From assembly GCA_964584265.1 (NCBI GenBank), contig CAZOZI010000002.1:2340-66339 (forward strand): a stretch of 64,000 bases of DNA. Direction: 5' to 3'. Of the stretch, positions 18,730 through 27,319 are shown piece by piece; positions within the stretch are counted from its first letter, which is position 1; every line of letters starts with the position of its first letter. Under the pieces are notes generated by a model that was not told where the DNA came from, did no database searches, and saw nothing but the letters and a program-made list of their open reading frames with translations. The DNA is from an uncultured Candidatus Saccharibacteria bacterium. GTDB lineage: Bacteria > Patescibacteriota > Saccharimonadia > Saccharimonadales > CAYVSP01. The translations under genes and the position numbers were made by a program.

Positions 18730-18805
18730 TGGTGGAGTGTACCGGACTCGAACCGGTCACCTCGGCAATGCGAATGCCGCGCTCTACCAGATGAGCTAAC
18801 ACCCC
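18730..18805 (-). tRNA. tRNA-Ala (anticodon CGC), CCA encoded
   Basis: Acceptor GGGGUGU/ACACUCC with G3:U70, anticodon loop UUCGCAU, T-arm ACCGG-UUCGAGU-CCGGU. Confidence 0.9.
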
Positions 18806-18845
18806 ATTTTATCTTAAATATTATATCAAAACTACCTCTTAAGTG

Positions 18846-19015
18846 AGGCAGTTTTGCTCGTGCGCGCCCACCGAAGCGGCGGAGCCACCTATTTTGTTTT
18901 GAATGTTTTTGTTCCTGTCCCTTACCTTTTCCGCTTCTGAGTAGTCTGTAATCAGATTACGATGAAGAGTGATAAGGTGTGGGATCACGCGCCGCGTGCG
19001 CACGATTACCTGACA
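18846..19015 (-). ncRNA. Candidate structured small RNA (class unknown) between ligA and the tRNA-Ala pair
   Basis: Long-range pairing tcgtgcgc (18858-18865) with gcgcacga (18998-19005), continued by gcggcg (18876-18881) with cgccgc (18990-18995). Apical hairpin GUAAU-CUG-AUUAC and a UUCG-capped local hairpin. The strand is guessed from the flanking stable-RNA genes. Confidence 0.3.
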
Positions 19016-19023
19016 AGCATAAC

Positions 19024-21075
<2,052 letters not shown>

Positions 21076-21086
21076 TCACGCTCATA

Positions 21087-22049
21087 TTACAAAAGTTCTC
21101 TGTATAAGGTATATACATAACTATGGATGATGGCCAGTGCCGCCATAGTGCATATAAAGAAAATCCACTGCGCTAAGGATGTAAGTAAGATAATGAGCGG
21201 GACCATAATCACACCTGCCGCCAGCAAGAGCAATACCGGCAACAGCACAATCTTACGCAGCACTGTCCAGCGGCGGTAACGCACAAGCTGACGGGCGGAG
21301 CGTAGTGCACGCAGCGGTGTCATATCTGGTAAAGTTACAATATACAGCGCAAAAATAGATGAACTCAGCATGTAGAGTGATAGTAGCGATAGGCAGAAAA
21401 ACAATAAGCCCCAAACAAACTTCTCAATAAATGAAACGGCAATGCCATTGGTGATAACCAGATTAAATATCGAGCTGCCGATAGCAAGAGGTATTAGTTG
21501 TAGGCCTATGACCATGAGTACCAATAAAAAAGGTATAAGCGGATACATGCTGTTATAGAAAGCACTTCGCATAGTTATCTTATTGTTGGCTTGTTGCTGT
21601 CGTAAGCTCCAAATCAAAACCAAACTAATCACAATCATCAAGATGGTTTGGTAAATGCTAGCTGTTCCATTGGCGCTGCTGCCGGCTGAACCAAGCAACA
21701 CACCGAAGAGTGTTACCCCAGTGGATAATTGGCTCCAACGCCCCTGAGAAAGTTGATGTAGATTGTCTTTTAGACCCCCTAGATTCAGCCCCCCGCCAAA
21801 GCCACGCACTAAGATAATCGTTAAGAGACCATAAATGAGAATAATACCGCCGAAAAGACGCCAGCCCTTTTTTAGACGAACTAAGGCTGCTTGAAAGAGC
21901 CGTAAAACATTTGGCAGTTTTGGTGCAGGATGCTTAATGCGCTTGCTCAGCTTGAGCGAGCGGTATCGAGGTATTTTTAGCCGCCGCGGCTTTGCTTTGC
22001 TTTTTGTCAGAGCAAGACTTTTTTTGGTCGCTTTTTGTTTCTTAGCCAT
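21087..22049 (-). CDS. Hypothetical polytopic membrane protein
   Basis: 320 aa, basic N-terminus followed by at least 6 hydrophobic helices. Confidence 0.6.
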   Translation of the reverse strand: MAKKQKATKKSLALTKSKAKPRRLKIPRYRSLKLSKRIKHPAPKLPNVLRLFQAALVRLKKGWRLFGGIILIYGLLTIILVRGFGGGLNLGGLKDNLHQLSQGRWSQLSTGVTLFGVLLGSAGSSANGTASIYQTILMIVISLVLIWSLRQQQANNKITMRSAFYNSMYPLIPFLLVLMVIGLQLIPLAIGSSIFNLVITNGIAVSFIEKFVWGLLFFCLSLLSLYMLSSSIFALYIVTLPDMTPLRALRSARQLVRYRRWTVLRKIVLLPVLLLLAAGVIMVPLIILLTSLAQWIFFICTMAALAIIHSYVYTLYRELL

Positions 22050-22067
22050 AAAATCAAAAAGTCCTAC

Positions 22068-22943
22068 TTAGGCGTGCTGTTCCATATTTTTTAGGCGAGC
22101 AATACGCTCATCAATTGGTGGATGAGTGCTGAACAAACTAGCTAAACTGTGACCCTTTAGAGGATTAGCAAAGAATAAGTGTGCTGTTGAAGCATTCTGG
22201 CGTTTAAGTACGCTGCCGGTTTTACCGATTTTGGTCAGAGCACTCTCCAGACCCTCTGGGTAACGAGTTGTTAAAGCGCTAGTAGCATCAGCCAAGTACT
22301 CACGCTGGCGCGAAACCGCTAATTGGATGAGTGTGGCAACAATGGGTGCCAGTATTGCAGCTGCGATGCCAAGGATAAGAAATAACTGATTATTATCATT
22401 ATCGTCATCATGACGAAACCACGTCATCCTAAGCATGATATCGGCAAACAAGCTCACCACAGCTACCAGTGCGAAAGCTAGTATAGCTACCCTTATGTCA
22501 TAGTTCTTGACGTGCCCTAATTCATGGGCAAGAACGCCTTCTAACTCCTTATCATCCATGATATCAAGCAGACCACTGGTTACGGCGACCGAGGCGTGTG
22601 ATGGATTACGTCCCGTGGCGAAGGCATTGGGCGCGGGATCATCCATGATATAAATTTCCGGCGTTGGCAAACCGTCTGTTATGGCCAGATTCTCGACAAT
22701 TCTATACAAACGCGGATTGTCGCGTTTAGCTATTGGTCGTGCCTGGTTTACCGCTAAAGCCAATCGACTACCAGACAAGTAGGTAATTGTTACATAGATA
22801 ATAGCCCCAATTAAAACATACGGTGTTATGGCGGGATTACCAATGTAGCCGGCAAATATCCAACCAACAAGAGTTACGAACGCAACAAACAACACCATCA
22901 TTATTACTGTTTTTCGTTTGTTACTAGCTATCGAACTATACAT
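22068..22943 (-). CDS. htpX: M48-family zinc metalloprotease HtpX
   Basis: HELGHVKNYD zinc motif and the TM topology typical of HtpX. Confidence 0.9.
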   Translation of the reverse strand: MYSSIASNKRKTVIMMVLFVAFVTLVGWIFAGYIGNPAITPYVLIGAIIYVTITYLSGSRLALAVNQARPIAKRDNPRLYRIVENLAITDGLPTPEIYIMDDPAPNAFATGRNPSHASVAVTSGLLDIMDDKELEGVLAHELGHVKNYDIRVAILAFALVAVVSLFADIMLRMTWFRHDDDNDNNQLFLILGIAAAILAPIVATLIQLAVSRQREYLADATSALTTRYPEGLESALTKIGKTGSVLKRQNASTAHLFFANPLKGHSLASLFSTHPPIDERIARLKNMEQHA

Positions 22944-22974
22944 AGACTATGTGACGGTGAAAGAGTTAAGGTTG

Positions 22975-23532
22975 TTAGAATTTTACATCTGTCGGTTCAG
23001 CAATGGCGGCTTGTTCATTCTCACCAACTTCAAAGAATTCGCGTGCTTTAAAGCCGAGCATACCGGCAAATATACTCGTGGGGAAAACTTTGATTTTGGT
23101 GTTCAAGTCTCTAGCAGCACCATTGTAAAAGCGCCTGGAAGCCTGGATTTTGTCCTCGGTATCCACTAATTCATCTTGTAGCTGTTTAAAGTTCTCGTTG
23201 GCTTTGAGCTGTGGGTAGTTCTCGGCAACCGCAAACAAGCTTTTGAGTGCAGCCTGGAATTGATTTTCGGCCTTAGCAGCATCGGCAGGTCCCTGAGCTT
23301 TAAGCGTATTGGCCCTAGCTTCCGTAACTTTTTCAAACACTTCTTTTTCGTGCGATGCATAGCCTTTGACAGTATTTACGAGATTTGGGATAAGGTCAGC
23401 TCGTCTTTTCAATTGAACGGTTATATCACTCCATGCCTCGTCAACACGAACATTATTACGGACCAAGCCGTTATACATAACTACACCAGCAAGTATCAGA
23501 ACAGCTAGAACGACCAGAATAACCACGAGCAT
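22975..23532 (-). CDS. lemA: LemA family protein
   Basis: N-terminal TM followed by NGLVRNNVRVDEAWSDITVQLKRRADLIPNLV, the LemA signature. The lemA-htpX pairing is common. Confidence 0.85.
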   Translation of the reverse strand: MLVVILVVLAVLILAGVVMYNGLVRNNVRVDEAWSDITVQLKRRADLIPNLVNTVKGYASHEKEVFEKVTEARANTLKAQGPADAAKAENQFQAALKSLFAVAENYPQLKANENFKQLQDELVDTEDKIQASRRFYNGAARDLNTKIKVFPTSIFAGMLGFKAREFFEVGENEQAAIAEPTDVKF

Positions 23533-23589
23533 TTTATTCCCCCTAAATTACTCCTTAATTATATCACCGAAGCATTGAAAAACATTGCG

Positions 23590-23625
23590 ATAAAAAACCG
23601 GTTCGTGAGAGGATTCACGAACCGG
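23590..23625 (-). terminator. Intrinsic terminator (minus strand)
   Basis: CCGGUUCGUGA-loop-UCACGAACCGG (11-bp stem, 23598-23625) followed on the minus strand by UUUUUUAU. Confidence 0.55.
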
Positions 23626-23709
23626 AAGAGGAAGAACAATACAAGACCCCGCCAAATTTTGCCCACTGGATTGGCAAAATTTCGGGCGGGGTTGCTATTA
23701 GTTCTGACG

Positions 23710-23730
23710 TGGTGGGCGAGGTGGGACTTG
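23710..23730 (-). repeat. 21-nt direct repeat of the tRNA-Leu(UAA) 3' end (att-like)
   Basis: tggtgggcgaggtgggacttg is identical at 23710-23730 and 23863-23883. The flanking bases differ on both sides. Confidence 0.85.
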
Positions 23731-23862
23731 CCTTGCCTTAAGGCAACTTCCGACATGCCACTGGCATTTCAGAAGCTTCGGGTCCGGGGAGTGCCACAGG
23801 CACTCCCGTTCAAGTCCCCCTGATCAGCTAAAATGCTCCACTTTTCAGTGAAACAATTTAGC

Positions 23863-23950
23863 TGGTGGGCGAGGTGGGACTTGAACCCACAAGGCTTATT
23901 CAGCCAACGGATTTTAAGTCCGTCGCGTATACCAATTCCGCCACTCGCCC
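23863..23950 (-). tRNA. tRNA-Leu (anticodon UAA), CCA encoded
   Basis: Type II tRNA: acceptor GGGCGAG/CUCGCCC, anticodon arm ACGGA-CUUAAAA-UCCGU, long variable arm GGCU-GAAUA-AGCC, T-arm GUGGG-UUCAAGU-CCCAC. Confidence 0.9.
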
Positions 23951-23965
23951 TTGGAACAGTTCAAA

Positions 23966-24358
23966 TTATAGCATTGCAGCCAGCTGCTTTGGTGTTTTGA
24001 TAACCTTATCAATAAGGATGTCTCTGCAAGGATCTCCGGTTTTGTCACTATAGGCAATGATTGGTTTGCCCAGAGCACTTGCATAGGCCATTTCCAGCGT
24101 AACGCTGACACCGGCATAGTCATCACGGTTGTAGATGTAGCAGATTTCAGCTTTGCGTATCCAGTCGAAATGTTCGAGAGTTAAACCTTTAAATATCTTG
24201 CTGGTAGCAAACTCGGAATGAATCACATCATCTTCAGTGATAGGCGGGTCGCTAAAACTCGGTTCAAAAACTAGTACCCCCAATTTTTCCAATTGTTCGC
24301 AAAAAAGCGCCATCTGTTTGCGGTACCGCTTGGAGCCACAGACTACAACTGACTTCAT
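23966..24358 (-). CDS. Hypothetical protein, possibly nucleoside 2-deoxyribosyltransferase-like fold
   Basis: 130 aa; VVVCGSKRY N-terminus and the later EMAYASALGKPIIAY resemble the Rossmann-like deoxyribosyltransferase superfamily. Weak, by eye only. Confidence 0.4.
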   Translation of the reverse strand: MKSVVVCGSKRYRKQMALFCEQLEKLGVLVFEPSFSDPPITEDDVIHSEFATSKIFKGLTLEHFDWIRKAEICYIYNRDDYAGVSVTLEMAYASALGKPIIAYSDKTGDPCRDILIDKVIKTPKQLAAML

Positions 24359-24376
24359 ATATTACCCTGTTTAATT

Positions 24377-24450
24377 TGGAGGCGCCGACCGGAATTGAAC
24401 CGGCATAAAAGGTTTTGCAGACCTCTGCGTAACCATTCCGCCACGACGCC
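24377..24450 (-). tRNA. tRNA-Cys (anticodon GCA), CCA encoded
   Basis: Acceptor GGCGUCG/CGGCGCC, anticodon loop CUGCAAA, discriminator U73 as expected for Cys, T-arm GCCGG-UUCAAUU-CCGGU. Confidence 0.85.
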
Positions 24451-24672
24451 TTACTTATATTTTTTCCTCAGCAATTCTTTCTGTTGGCCCGACTTTAAGA
24501 AGTTCTCAAGCATTGCTGCGGCAGATCTATCCTTGCAAGCTCTGGTTTCAAGCAGCTCCCAGGGTATATAACCCTTGGTTGATTTTACCTTACCGCTGTT
24601 GTGAAGTCTAAGCCTATATTCTACGTTTACTGTACTGCCGATGTATAAATCATCGTTAAATCGACTCTTCAA
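24451..24672 (-). CDS. GIY-YIG nuclease-domain protein, N-terminally truncated or degenerate
   Basis: DDLYIGSTVNVEYRLRLHNSGK...PWELL...SAAAMLENFLKSG matches the YIG / R / H-N / E core. The GIY strand is missing: an in-frame stop lies 9 codons upstream and the start is TTG. The stop codon abuts the 5' end of tRNA-Cys. Confidence 0.6.
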   Translation of the reverse strand: MKSRFNDDLYIGSTVNVEYRLRLHNSGKVKSTKGYIPWELLETRACKDRSAAAMLENFLKSGQQKELLRKKYK

Positions 24673-24711
24673 TATATTGTCGTCTACTTTTCTGGATTAA
24701 AAACAGAGCAC

Positions 24712-25089
24712 TTATTTAATCCTTCTCCCGTCCCATGTGAAGTAATTAGTAACCAATTTTCTGAGCGCCTCTAGTGATAATCTGCCCTCTTCATCGTATA
24801 ACTCCCGCACAGCATTGGGCGAAAAACCCTGTTCACCCCTGTCCAGTTCCATAGCTATAGCGTCAGCTCGCAAATCCTGCTTATCTCCAAAAACAGCCGG
24901 TGCTAGATAACGAATACCCAGCATATTAGATGCTAGTGCTGTTGGTCTACGGTTTAAGCCAAGTTGCTGTGCTTCAAGATCTGTCTGTCTATCTGTAAGA
25001 TCAATGATATGCGATTCGTCTGTTAGGTCTATATCCTGGCCACTATCAACAAATCTTGGTGTTTCATCATGTGATACTACTTGATTCAT
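24712..25089 (-). CDS. Hypothetical protein
   Basis: 125-aa ORF with an acidic N-terminal half. No motif recognised. Confidence 0.5.
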   Translation of the reverse strand: MNQVVSHDETPRFVDSGQDIDLTDESHIIDLTDRQTDLEAQQLGLNRRPTALASNMLGIRYLAPAVFGDKQDLRADAIAMELDRGEQGFSPNAVRELYDEEGRLSLEALRKLVTNYFTWDGRRIK

Positions 25090-25195
25090 CTAACTCCTTA
25101 AGTAATTTTTAAGTAAGTAAAATATAGTATCATGTGCGGTGGTTTTCTGCCGGAATTTTTATAGACGCTTATGCATAGTGTCAGATAGGTTCACC

Positions 25196-25224
25196 TTGCT
25201 AGCTAAACATAAGGTGCGTATAAT
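25196..25224 (+). promoter_or_regulatory. Sigma70-type promoter about 210 nt upstream of tRNA-Gly
   Basis: TTGCTA (25196-25201), 17 nt, TATAAT (25219-25224). Confidence 0.4.
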
Positions 25225-25308
25225 CTACCACTGTTCTTGAAGATGGTCGTTCTTGTAAACCAGTTTTCCTAACAAATAGGCGTTTTGCAAAAAGCAACTA
25301 CTTTGCGA

Positions 25309-25345
25309 CAATAAAACCAAAATCGTGAGGGGATTCACGATTTTG
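25309..25345 (-). terminator. Terminator-like hairpin, homologous to the one at 23598-23625
   Basis: CAAAAUCGUGA-loop-UCACGAUUUUG (25318-25345), followed on the minus strand by GUUUUAUU. It shares the core cgtgaGRGGAttcacg with 23598-23625, while the stem base is changed in a compensatory way. Confidence 0.45.
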
Positions 25346-25433
25346 AGAGGAGAGGGCTTGATTTGATAATGAAAATTGCTGAGCAAATTTATTTTGTCAG
25401 CAATTTGGTTGTCAAATCATCACACCTCGACGA

Positions 25434-25509
25434 GCGGGTGTAGCTCAGCTGATAGAGCGCTTCCTTGCCAAGGAAGAGGCCAGGGGTTTAAGTCCCCTCA
25501 CCCGCACCA
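25434..25509 (+). tRNA. tRNA-Gly (anticodon GCC), CCA encoded
   Basis: Acceptor GCGGGUG/CACCCGC, anticodon arm CUUCC-UUGCCAA-GGAAG, T-arm AGGGG-UUUAAGU-CCCCU. The D-loop AGCUGAUA and T-loop UUU imply an A19:U56 elbow pair instead of G19:C56. Confidence 0.9.
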
Positions 25510-25531
25510 AGCATAAGCACTTAGACCTCTG

Positions 25532-26185
25532 TTATTTGGAAATCTTTATATTGTTGTTAGATTGGTCGTGTTGCCGCCAATATTGATACATAGGTGCATC
25601 GTAGAACTTACCATCTAGCCAGTTATGATTACCATCCGCCATAGGTTCTAAGAAAGCACTCTGTATTTTAAGTGTGTGTGACTCGTTATAGGTACTGCCA
25701 GTCTTGGAAGAAATACTCTCAAAGTCGCACATATAGTCTTTTCCTAAGATCCGCTTGCATAAAAACTGAAGTCGTGGGATACGAAATTCAGCTACCACAA
25801 AGAGAAGGTACTTCATTTGCTGGGGAATAAAGACTTGAGTTTTGAGATAATAAAGATTGCTGATGGTGTCACGAGACTCGCCTTCTTTTAGGATTTTGTC
25901 CGATGGTACGCCTCTCTTCAGTAGATAGTCGGCCAGTACATCACACTCCTTAAAGGGTTGTTTGATATTCAGGTTATCTAGCTTAATCCCATGATCTCCC
26001 GACACAGATATATGGCTTGCGTTATCTTGATTAAGCAGCTCCATGGCACGGTCAAGACAGTCGTATACCTGCTTTGGGAACTTCCATGTTGCTGGGTCTG
26101 GCTGTGAGCCAAGCACTACAATTGCATCATACGTCTTCACAATAGGCAGTATAGCAATCACGACGACAAAGAATGTAACTCCCAC
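25532..26185 (-). CDS. DUF218 (YdcF/SanA-like) domain protein, GTG start
   Basis: N-terminal TM VGVTFFVVVIAILPIV, then YDAIVVLGS...ISVSGDHG...ESRDTISN, the DUF218 pattern. Confidence 0.7.
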   Translation of the reverse strand: MGVTFFVVVIAILPIVKTYDAIVVLGSQPDPATWKFPKQVYDCLDRAMELLNQDNASHISVSGDHGIKLDNLNIKQPFKECDVLADYLLKRGVPSDKILKEGESRDTISNLYYLKTQVFIPQQMKYLLFVVAEFRIPRLQFLCKRILGKDYMCDFESISSKTGSTYNESHTLKIQSAFLEPMADGNHNWLDGKFYDAPMYQYWRQHDQSNNNIKISK

Positions 26186-26292
26186 CTCTTATCTAGCCAG
26201 CAACCACTCCCGATACGGCACTTCCAAAACCTGCCTCCAACGACCTAGCTCACTAGATATAAGGTGTAAGTTTTTACCCATGTAGTGCACCA
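26174..26292 (-). repeat. 119-nt module, copy A (contains small ORF A; abuts the DUF218 start)
   Basis: Aligns without indels to 27128-27246 and 27725-27843. Begins tgtaactccc and ends catgtagtgcacca. Confidence 0.85.
26189..26281 (-). CDS. Conserved 30-aa small ORF, copy A (upstream ORF coupled to DUF218)
   Basis: MGKNLHLISSELGRWRQVLEVPYREWLLAR. Its TAA stop is followed by GAG, then the GTG start of the DUF218 gene in the same frame. Three paralogous copies show a synonymous/conservative substitution pattern. Confidence 0.5.
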   Translation of the reverse strand: MGKNLHLISSELGRWRQVLEVPYREWLLAR

Positions 26293-26330
26293 ATAGACAA
26301 ATACCACTTAATGTGGTATTGTTTTAATCT

Positions 26331-27119
26331 ATGGCTTATGAAAACCCTCTGATGACAGAGTTAATGGTCCCGCGTCATCCTGTTGTGGCGGCTCGTATAG
26401 TAGACTTTTATGAGCTTATTGACTGGGATGTCCGCAACTCAACTGGCTCTGAATATTTTACATATGTAAACCCGCAAACTAGTGAAGGTGTGCCGCCTAC
26501 CGTTGCCTACTGGCAAACAGAGAATACGGATAAAATAGCTCGTTTTGAGGAACATGATGATATTAGGCCTTCTGTATTTGCACAAGGACTGAGGTTGTCT
26601 AACCTGCAGGATCTCATTGAAGTTTGTCTCGTTGTTCCCTCAGACGATAATGTTCATGCAATATTTGAGCGGGGTGGCAGACTGCTAGAGCGGCATACTC
26701 ATATTCTTCCAAGAGATCACGCTGGTAGTCAGGAATTTCGTTTCTCAGACCCTTTCAACTACTCACTTAGAGTTACGGCAAATCCAGGCTGGGAGATTAC
26801 ACCGTCAGATCCTTCTTTGGAATTGCAGTTAAGCGACCCTGTAGATGTGCCGCCTGAGCAAGTAGTTACCAAGGACGATTTTCGCCAACTTAGGGGCAAC
26901 CTCGGGTTTGCAGGACTTAGTTGGAATGGAATGATTAGAAATATAGTAGAAAAAGGTGGGGATGATTGCCCGTTGAGTTTAGTCAAAAAAGACGATCAAT
27001 TAATAGTAGTTGGGGATCTAGAAGCGGGCGTTGAATGGTTCAAGGAAATCAAAAAGGGCACAGGGGAAAGTCCATTGTTTATAGGATTACTAGAAGAATT
27101 GCATCAACAGAGGGGTTAG
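26331..27119 (+). CDS. Hypothetical protein (cassette gene 1)
   Basis: 262-aa ORF. Own promoter TAGACA-17-TATTGT, then 8 nt to the ATG. No recognisable motif. Confidence 0.6.
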   Translation: MAYENPLMTELMVPRHPVVAARIVDFYELIDWDVRNSTGSEYFTYVNPQTSEGVPPTVAYWQTENTDKIARFEEHDDIRPSVFAQGLRLSNLQDLIEVCLVVPSDDNVHAIFERGGRLLERHTHILPRDHAGSQEFRFSDPFNYSLRVTANPGWEITPSDPSLELQLSDPVDVPPEQVVTKDDFRQLRGNLGFAGLSWNGMIRNIVEKGGDDCPLSLVKKDDQLIVVGDLEAGVEWFKEIKKGTGESPLFIGLLEELHQQRG

Positions 27120-27127
27120 GCTGTAGG

Positions 27128-27246
27128 TTTAACTCCCACCTCTTACCTAGACATCAGCCACTCCCGATAAGGTACTTCCAAAACCTTCCTCCATCTAACT
27201 ATTTCATCTCCAATAAGGTGTAAGTTTTTACCCATGTAGTGCACCA
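27128..27246 (-). repeat. 119-nt module, copy B
   Basis: Starts 9 nt after the stop of ORF 26331-27119 and ends in gtgcacca. The following 13 nt, agcataagcactt, are identical to the 3' flank of tRNA-Gly. Confidence 0.85.
27143..27235 (-). CDS. Conserved 30-aa small ORF, copy B
   Basis: MGKNLHLIGDEIVRWRKVLEVPYREWLMSR. Of 14 codons differing from copy A, 7 are synonymous (including CGT versus AGA for Arg). Confidence 0.45.
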   Translation of the reverse strand: MGKNLHLIGDEIVRWRKVLEVPYREWLMSR

Positions 27247-27319
27247 AGCATAAGCACTTCAATCCCTATAGGGTTTATAGATTTGCAATTAGTCAATACT
27301 AATCTTATGCTGTTACATA

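Noticed and set aside
18846-19015. SRP RNA, tmRNA or RNase P RNA
   Set aside because: UGUCAGGU resembles the start of SRP helix 8, but no GNAR tetraloop or AGCA symmetric-loop partner follows. There is no GAGGAAAGUCC (RNase P P4) and no tRNA-like acceptor/T-arm pair (tmRNA).
23560-23862. tmRNA ending in the CCCACCUCGCCCACCA copy
   Set aside because: The copy lacks the 5' half of the T-stem. No matching GGGCGAG 5' acceptor strand or tag-reading frame is present. It is better explained as a partial duplication of tRNA-Leu(UAA).
23731-23862. Protein-coding potential in the tRNA-Leu(UAA) insert (part of track ORF 23575-23823)
   Set aside because: The ORF spans a terminator hairpin, the tRNA-end repeat and perfect hairpins. 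It has no start context. The sequence is better explained as structured RNA or DNA.
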